A stretch of DNA of 63,820 nucleotides, counting the filler, from Craspedostauros australis (lineage: Eukaryota), in NCBI GenBank assembly GCA_030167865.1. It is 11 parts of 11 records of this genome, joined end to end, with 100 filler letters (N's around TTAATTAATTAA, not from the genome) between each part and the next. Parts side by side here need not be neighbours in the genome. Positions count along the whole stretch, not along the records: positions 12,504 to 24,965 come from JALAGF010001506.1; positions 25,066 to 28,086 come from JALAGF010001508.1; positions 28,187 to 30,286 come from JALAGF010001509.1; positions 30,387 to 32,532 come from JALAGF010001510.1; 7 more parts are not named here. One strand, written 5' to 3'. Both the position numbers and the translations under genes were made by a program. Each line of letters starts with the position of its first letter. Position 1 is the first letter of the stretch. The notes beneath the pieces were generated by a model that was not told where the DNA came from, searched no databases, and worked only from the letters and a program-made list of their open reading frames with translations. Below, piece by piece: positions 22,001 through 32,632 of this stretch.

Positions 22001-24515
22001 GGCTAATGTTACTCCCAGTGAGGCCCGCACAGCCCTGGTCCTACGGTTCATGAAGTCAGTGGAGTACGTGATGGAGGCTACGCAGCTGACACAGGATCAG
22101 TGGCGCCACATTATGGCCCCGGCCCTCATGGCGGCTCTTCCAAAGATGAAGCTGATGCGAACGTTCCCTCGCGCGGTGCTTTACGCGCCGATATCGTCGG
22201 GCGGACTCAGAATCCCGCACCCATGGAGGCGCCAAGTGGTGCGACAGGTTCAAGCCATGTTTCAGGAGGTCCACGCCTCCACCCCGACTGGCAGGATGAT
22301 GGAGCACTCGATTGAGGCGCTCAAGGATGAGGTGGGAGTCTCAGGCTCCCTGTTCGACCAACCCTACCACCTTCTGCAGGACGCAATTACCCCGTGTTGG
22401 GTATCCAACCTGTGGGGCAGCATACAAGAAGTGGGTTTTCACATCCACGAAAACACCAAGTCATTCGTGCCCCAACGGGGCGGCGATCAGACGATCACCG
22501 AGCTTGCCCTAGGCTTGGGCTACCGGGGACAACTGTTCCGACGGCTCAACACGTGTCGACTGATGTTGGGAGCGGTCTTCGTCTCAGACATTGCCACCGC
22601 GTGTGGCTCGGCCATCCACCAGGAGGCGTGGGCAGGACGCGAAGCATCCACGTTGCGCCGGTCCTGGCCGCAGCTCCCTGAGCGACTGCCAGCAAGCTGG
22701 TGGGCGGAATGGCAGCTGTTCTGCAAGCGGCTGACCCGATCGGCCAGATTCTTAGCGAAGCCCCTTGGGCCCTGGCACCTCGATGAGCACCGTTGGAGGT
22801 GGTGGCGACACCAGCCGTCCGATACCATCTTCGAGGCCCGACAGGCTGCTGTCATTTCCTACCAGCGAGACGTCGGACGACGGCGGACGCGACGAGCACG
22901 ATATCTTCCGATGTCAGTCTCTACCCCGATACCAGACGACGTTATACGGGTCTCGGTGACAAGGCACGACGGCTACGTCATATGGGAAGGCAATGTGGGA
23001 GCGCAGTTGGATTGGGAGGACATCCCGTTCCACGACCCCGAGAAATACGGGTACATCTAGAGTGTGGAAGGTGATCTCACCCCTCACGACGCTCACTGCG
23101 CAGCAGCGGCGGGTACCTTGATGGCTGTGAGTGATGGGTCGTTCAAAGCAGGTTGCGGGACCTCCGCGTCGATCATTTACGACTCTCAGTCGGAGCGGTC
23201 GATGGAGGTGCTGGCCACCGTTCCTGGTGTCCCAGGAATGCAGAGCTCGTATCGCAGCGAACTCATGGGGATCCTCGCCTCCCTTATCTACATCTTTCGA
23301 TTGGAGAAGGAGGTGGCCGTGCCCTCGGTGACGATAGCTCTCGACGGGGAGCAGGCTCTCAACCAAGCGCGGAACGGCTTCCCCCGACCTACTCAGCGGG
23401 ACTGGGACCTTCTGGCCGAGATCGAACACGCCAAAAGCGAGATCCAATGCTCTTTGCAATGGAGATGGGTGAAAGGGCACCAGGACGACTCCTCGGCGGC
23501 TCTGGACATATGGGCGAAACTCAACGTCCGGGCCGACGCGGCGGCGAAGCGACACTGGGGGGTGGTGCACCAACTCCCAGCCATTGAAAAGTGGATTCTG
23601 TTGGCGCATGTATGGCGTATCGGTTGGTCCGGGGCGCCCTACTCGCACGTCGACTCCGCCATCATGGAGGCGACGGCGCAGCAGCCGGACATCGACGAGT
23701 ACTGGCAGGCGAAGCACGGCTGGAATGAACACGAGCATGCCTTGGTTGACTGGGTCGCGTACGCCAAGGCGCGCAAGTCTGCAGCAGCTCGAGACAGCAT
23801 CAGGTTCGTTTCCAAGCTGTCAACCGGGTTTCTCGCAGTGGGGCGAAAAATGAAGCAAACAGGACAGCAGGAGGACTCCTCTTGCCCTGGATGCCAGCAG
23901 GAAGAGACAGTGGCACACCTCCTTACTTGTGGTGAGTACGACGAGGCGTGGGACGAAGCGGTGGAGGGATTACTGGACCATATGGTCGCAGTAGGCACAT
24001 CTCCCCAAGTGGTGGGGGGCATGCGCCAAGGAATGAGGCGGTGGCGAAAGAAGATCCGGCCGGCAGGCCCGCAGCGAGTAGTGGGGTGGCTCCCGCTGCT
24101 CCAAGGGTTTATGCACGTGGACTGGAGGACGCAGCAAGCGGAATGGATGCAAGTGAATCCGTCCAAGCACCGTACGGCGGAAGCTTGGGCGGCAGATGTG
24201 ATACGTCGTATCTGGAAAATTCCTTGGGCGGTGTGGACGGCAAGAAACTACAAGGTCCATGAGGAACCGGGCTCTGAGGCAGCTCGCACGCGAGACTTCG
24301 CGAGGCGGCTACGCTCCTTTCAACCCCCAGGCCTGACCCCGCGCGAAGTGCGGGTTCTTCAACAAGGCGGGGTGGTCGAGACCGGCTCCCAACATCAAGT
24401 ACAGCAATGGATCGAATTGGCGAAAAGGGTCAGGCAAGCGGCTCGGGCCCGACAGCGGCAGCAGTCCATGCAACAGGAACGCTCGCTGATGGCCGAGTGG
24501 CTGTCCCGACCATGA
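19065..24515 (+). pseudogene. LINE ORF2 polyprotein (APE-RT-RNase H-zinc knuckle) with in-frame stops at 21579 (TGA) and 23058 (TAG)
   Basis: APE: RVVFQNV, AETN, GVDVND, IDAIF, SDHKALW. RT: KMRTIQL, QFGSRKG, SNDAKSCYDRI, GQGNGAGP, FVDDTDL. RNase H: VSDGSF, YRSELMG, LDGEQA, WVKGHQD, NVRADAAAK. Knuckle: CPGCQQEETVAHLLTC. The start is uncertain; the frame is open from 18678. Confidence 0.92.
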
Positions 24516-24618
24516 TCGCGATTTCGACGGCTCGCTCGACAGCAGGTCCTGGCGGGGCCTGCCTAGGCGAGGGTAAAGCCCGTAGTGGCACGTAACTTAA
24601 TCTCTGAGTTATTATTAT

Positions 24619-24634
24619 TACTCGTGTTGGCAAG
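24619..24634. repeat. Right target-site duplication of the LINE
   Basis: TACTCGTGTTGGCAAG directly after TTATTATTAT; identical to 16108-16123. Confidence 0.95.
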
Positions 24635-27600
24635 TTCCGCTCACAGTAACCTACGATCGTGGAAGATGGTGTTGGTTGATAGTCGTTCGTTTGCTATTTC
24701 ATTAGTTGGTTACTCTGATCCTCTCGGTGTACACCAGTTCTCTTGCCCAATGCTCTTGGCGCTTCAATCTGTTTCGTAGATTCGGTCTCCGACTATGAGT
24801 CGGTACGCGAGATGCTCTCTCGCTCCTCTCTGTATTCTCTCTCTCTCTCTCTTAACATCGTGTGCTCGTACTACACGATATTCCGTGTTCGATGCGTACT
24901 CCGCATTCGACACTCCGTTCATTCAGTACTGGTTCCTACTCCATGAGTACTTACCATTTGAAGTTNNNNNNNNNNNNNNNNNNNNNNNNNNNNNNNNNNN
25001 NNNNNNNNNTTAATTAATTAANNNNNNNNNNNNNNNNNNNNNNNNNNNNNNNNNNNNNNNNNNNNCACTGCCATTGCAATGAAGTATCTGACTTCCAAGT
25101 CAGAATTGAAGAACCATTTCTGGTAGGATCTGCCTTCGTTGGAAGGTCGGAAGAGATCTTGGAGGATGTGGAGAGCAATGGACATGGCAGAGGCTGAAGT
25201 CGAGGCAATGGAAGAGCACTCTCGTCAAACAGGGACTATGGATGACAATTGTAACCTGACGTACAAAGTGATGGCTCTTGAGAAGAAAGCAAAGGAAGAT
25301 GTGGAATGCATCAATGATGCCCAGAAGCAAAGAAGGTGCGAGTGGGAAGCTACAATGGCCATTTGTATCATCAAAGCATTGACAATGAGACGATTGCTGA
25401 GCCGACGATTGCACTGAATGCTGCGATAGTTGGGATAGGTACGTTGAGCATTCAATGAATGAAGGAGTGAACACCAGCAGCACAGTCAATGGAGAAAGGA
25501 AGACGGGGGAAGCAGGAAAGTGGCAACTCAAAGTGAGTAGTATGGAGATGAACTGCGGATGGCGAGGAGCAACACATATGTACAAACATACGCATCCATC
25601 TGGTATACGGAAGTTGAACACTGCACTTGGGCAAGACACATATATTTGTGAATGTGTGAAGCAGCAAGAGATGTGCAAAACTGGAGCTGTGGATGTGTCA
25701 GCATACAGCCCCATTCAGCGAGGTTGAGTATCATCCTGCCAATATTGAATCGGACAACATGACATTTTTAGCAATCTATGTGGCATGTTGTCCATTAGGG
25801 TTAGATATATGTAGATAGCTCTTACAACACAAGTGCATGGCTTGTGCTCACTGTGGACAGAAATGATGCCGTCGCTGTTGGTCGATATCAGACTGCGATG
25901 GTATCCAACAGTGTGGGTCGTGATGTTGTGAGAGCTTTGGTGTTGCATTGATTCCTCACATTGTGGACGATTGGGCTCTGTTGTGTGCTTCCTCCCTTGT
26001 GTGCGTTGTGTCAAGTAGCACAGTGTTGTTTGTGGCATCCCTGCACGTCCACGCCTACGTTCACGGCAACAGCAACACTTGCGAATACTAACTATGCAGC
26101 ATAATATTATATAATACAATGGAGCACAGTGACTCATCCTATGGTATGAAAAATAAACTATACTCTCCACAACATAAGAGGATGAACTAAGTGCGTATCT
26201 CAACAATCCGCAAATGACAACATGACAACCCCGAACGGGGTCATACAAGGAAAGTGGCCATGCAGAGAAATGGTGGTGCGGGGAAGGACTCGATGGATTG
26301 GCGGACACTGATTTAGTCTTTTGGGGCAGATTTGTCTACGGGACTGATGGTCGTGACTTGAAATCGGGGTGAACGAGGCTGACCAGTTATGAAATTATGA
26401 CCCTTACAACCACCTCCATTGTGATGCATTTGTGTGGTCCAAATCACGGGAGCGGACGAGAACACCGCCGCAATTATTGGGTTCCTTCTTCGTTTCTCGT
26501 CCCCCCCCTTTCTCCGCCCCCTGTTCATCTGTGAATGTTTGTTGTGCTTCTTTCATCGGATGTCATCTTCCTCGGTCTCTTGATTTCGAGACGTAAGTTT
26601 AGGAAACCGCCACAAACAGCAACGTTGTACATACAATGATGCACTATAATACGGTGCAGTTGCGTTGATGGAAATGGAAGCTATTATTTCATAGATCCGT
26701 GATGTATAGTAAGAAACAATGGTTGGATGCTGTGTGAAGGATCCTATTTGATCCCAGCAGCAAAAAGCACAGGAAACAACCTCAGAACAACAGGCAGAGA
26801 AGGGATGGAGAAACGAGGAAGGAACCAGATCCCGGTGGGGTCTATGTGTCTCGGGGCGCGGTTCCTCGGCCATGCGTCCTGAGACGCGAAAATCTCACCA
26901 GGGATATCCTTCCTCTTCCTGTGCTGGAATGTGTGGTCACACAGCGAGCACGTGTGCATCGAGGTGTTGCGTTTTATGGCGCCTCTGTGTGTCGGTGTCG
27001 CTCTTGGGTGTTGTGGCCGAGGAAGAAGGCGCCCTCGATTTTGCGACACAGTCCTGCCGCGTGTTTTTGGGGGCACCAAAACATGATCACTTGGGGTATG
27101 TTTGCGGGAATGGTCACCCAACGAACCGTGGTCCTCCCCCCGTTCCCGCACACGCGCCCACACAATCCGAACTTGTCAATGACTAAGGGTAGGAGAAGCC
27201 GGAACATGGAGTTCTTGACACGTTACCATGTCAAGTTGCCATGCCACGTTACCATACCACGCATCACAAAGACAAACAGCTCCCGACATAGAAGTGCTCC
27301 TTCTCGTACCTGAAGATAGATGCGTCTAGTAGAGAGCTGATCCTCCTGTTACATTCCCTCAACGAGACGAGATGATGCAATGCGAGCAGAGGTCGAGAAA
27401 AGTCGCATGCTTCATGGCGTTTTGCACACCACTGCTCCACACTATTGTAACTTTGCGCTCGAGACAGTATTGCCTATTGTATTTACTCTATGGAGCGGTC
27501 GGAGACGCATGAGAGGAAGCTTGTGAGTACTGTCTGGCTGTTCTGTGCAGCATTGGCTGCCAAAGATACCTGCTTGATGGGATAAGGGTCAAACTTGACA

Positions 27601-28188
27601 GTGTGGCAGTGGCGGCACGTCAATCATGCACGCGCGCGTCGGAAAATCTCGGGTTGAGGCCGACTCTGTTCGTACGCACTCGTCTGCCTGGGCGCCTTTG
27701 GCATGATTGCGATTTTGCCCATGCAGGGGATGAGGTAGCAAGGCAGCACTGGGTAGGGCTCAGAGAGTGATCGTACTTTCCAAGTGTGTCTCGATCTGCA
27801 GTGGATATTTGAGTGAACACCGATTCAGGGTACGATCGGCGTGGCTCGAGCTCCTCTGTGTGCTCGTGGGTCCAAGGAGGTGCGTGTCAGGCGATCATTT
27901 CTGTGGGAGCGCTTTCGCTTCTGTACGACCTCAGAGTGGGAAATGAAGCAGTGATGGACGTCCATTAGGGCTGGCTGCCTGCAGAGTCTTCGGTGCCTTT
28001 CCAGGGTGAGGTCCTGGCGAAGCTGTCCATCAATGGATGGTATTCGTATTTACTAGTACGCATATGCACCGCATCTCGCCACTGCANNNNNNNNNNNNNN
28101 NNNNNNNNNNNNNNNNNNNNNNNNNNNNNNTTAATTAATTAANNNNNNNNNNNNNNNNNNNNNNNNNNNNNNNNNNNNNNNNNNNNCT

Positions 28189-28584
28189 GGAGCATGCAGC
28201 GGGTTGGGCAGCTGCATGGATCTCGGACGTCGTTCCAACCAGGGAAAGCGTGTGCTCTCGCCCGTCATCGCCGACATCATCATCGGAGACAACGCATGCC
28301 AAGGACAAAATGCATGCAAGAATGCCCACAGAGGTGATTCCAAGAATCTTGGAAGCCTTTTTATTGGGGACAGTGCGTGTGCGTCGACAAGTAGCTGCGA
28401 TGGTGTCGCTAACAGTGACGCTGCCGTTGATGACCTTGTCATTGCTCCAGGTACTTGCATTTCGACGAGCAGCTGCCAAAACTGTGTCGACACAGACATG
28501 TGTCCAGGATCCACCGCGTCTACCTATACCATCGATAATCCAACCACGGACTGCTCAACGCCAAACCCAGCTGCCTGCTCTTGA
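28189..28584 (+). CDS. C-terminal fragment of a cysteine-rich repeat protein, probably extracellular
   Basis: Repeated IG-x-x-AC-x4/5-C units (IGDNACQGQNAC, IGDSACASTSSC, IAPGTCISTSSC). Frame open from the contig start to TGA at 28582-28584. Confidence 0.65.
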   Translation, partial: GACSGLGSCMDLGRRSNQGKRVLSPVIADIIIGDNACQGQNACKNAHRGDSKNLGSLFIGDSACASTSSCDGVANSDAAVDDLVIAPGTCISTSSCQNCVDTDMCPGSTASTYTIDNPTTDCSTPNPAACS

Positions 28585-29425
28585 GGTGTTCACAGTGAAG
28601 GCATGTGCAGGGAGAGACGTCCAGAAATGGCTCAAATGGAACACCATCTCGAATGCTCAGTCATTGAGAGGGTAGTGTTCTGATGGTTGATCATCCTGCT
28701 TGAGTTTGACGGTAGCCCCTGATCATTCTCATCGCACACTCGCTATTGATGAATGGATTGATAACCGAAACGAGTGGATGGTACGGATGGTACATGGAGG
28801 TGCTGCTTCCGCGTCTACCACCATCACCACCACTTGCCTCAGAAGGTCTCTATTCTTCGACCAGAACATTGCAAGCACCTTGCAACGTACAACACATACA
28901 GAAATAACATTAAAACTCTAAAATATTTGACTATAGCAGAGTATGCGACACTAGTTTTGCGTGTACCCTTTCGTTGTTGACCTTCAACATTTGTGCGATA
29001 AAGTGTTTGTGTCTGTCTATTGGAATGCGAAGTAGAGGGCGAAGTAGAGAGCAAAACATGAAGACTCATGAATACGCACGAGCTACTCTCGAGGTGGATC
29101 CTTCCGTCCCAACTTACTCTGAAAATGAGAGAATCATGCCAAGAGAGAAGGAAGGCAAGGCAGCAATGAATGTGAGTGAGCGAGGGCCAGAGAACGAGAA
29201 TCACCATGCGGAGTGTGCGGAGCTTGCCTGAAGCACCGAGCCCGAGCTCGATTGGTTGACGTGTTGACGTGACTGGATCACTCCATCTGTACAACCATCA
29301 TGTTCGTACTCTGGGATGGTAGGATTGGAATCGATTCTCCCAAGTCCTCACTAATCCCATTGCTCATCTATTCACTGATTTACGACCACCATGCTTCTCG
29401 CAACGAATTGATCGCTGTGTATTCA

Positions 29426-30286
29426 ATATATATATAACACACGGATTATAACTGTTAAGTCATGCGCCGAGGGCGCTTTTATTCCGCCTCGTTGATTCAA
29501 CGTGTATGCACGCAGCGGGAACGGATTGACACTAGGTGTCGGTGTGTGGAGGCGTCTGCTCTGAGGTCGGGTCAGCATCAGGCTGGGTTCGAGGGGCGAG
29601 TGGCTGGTGCTCGGTGGCGACGTCGCTGGTTTTTCATCCAGTTGGTGAGTACGGTCGGGATGTCCGGTGCCGCGAGGCCGAGTCCTTGTTGCATCGCTTG
29701 GACCCACGGGACTAGGGCGGCGATTTGGGCTGTTGCTGGTGGGTTGGACCATAGCGGTCGCAGCACTGCTGGGATCGCGTCGGTGGGTGTTGTACGGAGG
29801 CGGTGAAGCTGTTGTTGAAGGAGAGCCGTCATGCCTTGCGACGTCTGCTCCGCCTTGGTTTCGTTGCGGTCATGCCACTGTTGCAGGACGGTATGCCACA
29901 TGAGGTTTGTGATGCTCACTTGCCAGTCTCGGAGCAGCTTGGGAGCACGTCGTCTCCGGTGAGGAGCCATTGGAGGGGCCTGGTCTCGCCACGAGGTGGA
30001 CCAGCCGCCCCAGATTAGAGCTACCCAACCGATGTTGGCCTGTCTCACCTGGATGTTCTGAGTGGGCGACGTCCTTATGCCTGAGGGAGGAATGCCTCCA
30101 GATGTGATGCGCTTGATTGCCGTGCAAACTAGCTGGGCGACTTCGGGTGGGGTGGTGGGCGGTCTCACGATTGACCGCACTTTGAGGATGGCTTTGGCCC
30201 AAATGGACTGGCTCGCAGCGCTGGGACACATGAGGATGTGTGTGTTGTCTTCCGGCCTGCCGCACCTGGGGCATTCTGCGGATTGC
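29426..30286 (-). mobile_element. 3' end of a second, divergent Ambal-type LINE (ORF2 C-terminus, 3' UTR, (TA)n tail)
   Basis: CPRCGRPEDNTHILMC knuckle, QANIGWVALIWGGWSTSW and MWHTVLQQWHDRN parallel the C-terminus of the first LINE (VGWLPLLQGFMHVDW, IWKIPWAVWTARN). Stop at 29578; TATATATATAT tail. Confidence 0.82.
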
Positions 30287-30386
30287 NNNNNNNNNNNNNN
30301 NNNNNNNNNNNNNNNNNNNNNNNNNNNNNNTTAATTAATTAANNNNNNNNNNNNNNNNNNNNNNNNNNNNNNNNNNNNNNNNNNNN

Positions 30387-32532
30387 GGTGCCAGCTACAA
30401 CCACGGCTCCCATCTTTCCACCATCCGCGAAGGTGAAGATCTCCAACCATTCATCGCCATCGCACATCGCAGCAATCTGCACAGCTCCATCGATATCATC
30501 ATCGTGGACCCGGATACTCGTGTACAGCGTCCAGACAACGTCACGGGAGAGATCTGGATCACCGGGGCCTCTGTGACCGCTGGGTACTACAATCAGCCAC
30601 AGCTCACCGCCGAAACCTTCCAAGCTACACTCCAAGGCGATTCATCATCTAATATGGACCGCAAGATGTACTTGCGGACTGGAGACTACGGGTTCTACCA
30701 AGATGACTATCTCTACATCTGCGGCCGCAAGAAGGACATCATCATCGTCAACGGTGTCAACTACTACCCGCAAGATATCGAGCACGCTGTCGAGGAGGCC
30801 TCATCTGCCGTCCGTCCAGGGTGTGTCGCTGCCTTCTCATCTGATGAATCGGGCAACGATGGACAGCTCGAGATCGTCTTTGAGATCCGAGCCAATCGTG
30901 CAGACGATGCCGCAACAGTCTGCCAGGAGATCAGAAAGGCCGTGACGGAGCACATCGGATTGACACCTGTCACAATCGCAGCCGTCAAGGAACGCACCAT
31001 CTCCAAAACAACAAGCGGCAAGATCCAGAGACGCCAAAATCGCCAGCGTCTGCACGATGGAGACCAGAAAGCGGTCTTGAACTTCAGCGCAAACCCAAAT
31101 TCAGCCTCCCAAGTTGCACTGGATGGCGATGCCAAGACATCACCAACCGAAACCATGTCGGCAAGGAATGCAGACCAAGACGAGGACCTCCAAAGTAAGA
31201 CGTTCAATGAGATCATCAGGAACGCAACGGGATCGCAAGTCAAGGGAGATGAAACATGGGAGGATGTTGGATTGTCATCCATGGGGGAACTGGAGCTCCG
31301 GCAATCACTGTCAAAACGGTACAGCACCACCCTCCCCCCGAATTGCTTTGAGATGTTCTCAACGCTCATGGATCTCGAAACCTTCCTCGAGACATCGCAC
31401 GGAGAACCACTCCCAACGCGTCTCCCAATGCTCAAGAGACTTACCACCATACGCAACGAGAAAAGGCTCTCCCAAACAACATCCACCGTCATCCAGATCA
31501 TCGGCGTGCTCATCATCCTCTTCATGTTCGCTTTGCCCATCATCCCAGCCTACGAGATCGGGAAGGTACTGGCCAACGACAATCGCACCCGCGTCGTCTT
31601 CTTCATCGATTCGTCGGCTTTCATCTGGATGTGCTACCCGCTCGTCGTCCCGTTCTGGATGCTCACGCTCACGGTGGAGGTCATCCTGGCCAAGTGGATC
31701 ATCATCGGCAGGTACCAAGAGGGATACACCAACCTCGCGTACTTCTACTATCTTCGATGGTGGTTCGTGGACCGACTCATGGATATGTGGGAGAACTTCG
31801 TCGGGCGCTTCATCGTGGGCACACCATTGATGACAGCATTCTGCTATCTCATGGGAGCAGATGTCCATCGTTCGTGCAACGTCGATTCCTTCATTCGGGA
31901 GTTCGATCTGGCGAAAGTCGATGCCAACGCCTTGGTGAGCAAACCGATCCGTTGCCGAATGTTCGGGCCATGGAAAGATGAACAAGGTCCCAGCTTGCGG
32001 TTCCGCAAGATCCTGGTGGGATCGAATGCGACGATCAAGGGCATTCTCAGTCCAGGCGTCAAGGTCGGTTCCAACTGCTACGTGCAGCACGTTTCTGTGC
32101 TGGCAGAGGGTGCCCAAGCACCGCCCAACACCGTCATCCGAGGCAATCCTGGATATGTCGAAAGCGCGGAACCTGCAGCGGCAGAAGCGACAACGTCACA
32201 AGGCAGCAACATTATCAGCATTGACGGCAGCGACGATGGCGACAACAACAACGACAGCGACGATCCGCAGCAAGCAGGTGCGAGTACAGCCGCAGACGTA
32301 GACGGAAACGTAACGCCAAACAACAACGATACCAGATGGGCCATCCTGGGTGGCATGAAGATGACATGGCTGCTCGTCGAGCTGTACATGACCTTCTGCT
32401 GCTTCCTCATTTCCGATATCTTGGTCCGAGATGACCTCCGAGACTGGAGATACTCCAAACTGCAATATTGGGTTGTATCCATCGGTCTGTCATCAGTGCT
32501 GCTGGTGATATCCAGCATCCTACTCAAGTGGG
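30387..32532 (+). CDS. Internal fragment of a multidomain synthetase: fatty acyl-AMP ligase-type adenylation domain, carrier (PP-binding) domain, transmembrane helices and LbH/Pls-like domain
   Basis: Open across the whole contig. GEIWITG, YLRTGDYG, GRKKDIIIVNGVNYYPQDIE, KTTSGKIQR; carrier motif VGLSSMGELEL; LAKWIIIGRYQEG...YLRWWFVDRL; hexapeptide-like VGSNATIKGILSPGVKVGSNCYV. Confidence 0.85.
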
Positions 32533-32632
32533 NNNNNNNNNNNNNNNNNNNNNNNNNNNNNNNNNNNNNNNNNNNNTTAATTAATTAANNNNNNNNNNNN
32601 NNNNNNNNNNNNNNNNNNNNNNNNNNNNNNNN

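Larger units (their letters stand above)
16124..24620 (+). mobile_element. Full-length non-LTR retrotransposon (APE endonuclease + RT + RNase H + CCHC; Ambal-type), about 8.5 kb
   Basis: Flanked by a 14-16-bp TSD; 100-nt 5' UTR, ORF1, ORF2, ~100-nt 3' UTR and (TTA)4 tail. The domain order matches Ambal-type diatom LINEs. Confidence 0.92.

Noticed and set aside
17532..23060. Alternative genetic code (TGA/TAG as sense) to explain the LINE in-frame stops
   Set aside because: Host genes in the window end at TGA and TAG and use TGG for Trp; point mutation is the simpler explanation.
25066..28086. Short ORFs on this contig, including a possible decayed RNase H-like trace near 27650-27720 on the minus strand
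   Set aside because: Frames are broken and motifs too weak to support a call; probably decayed repeat DNA.
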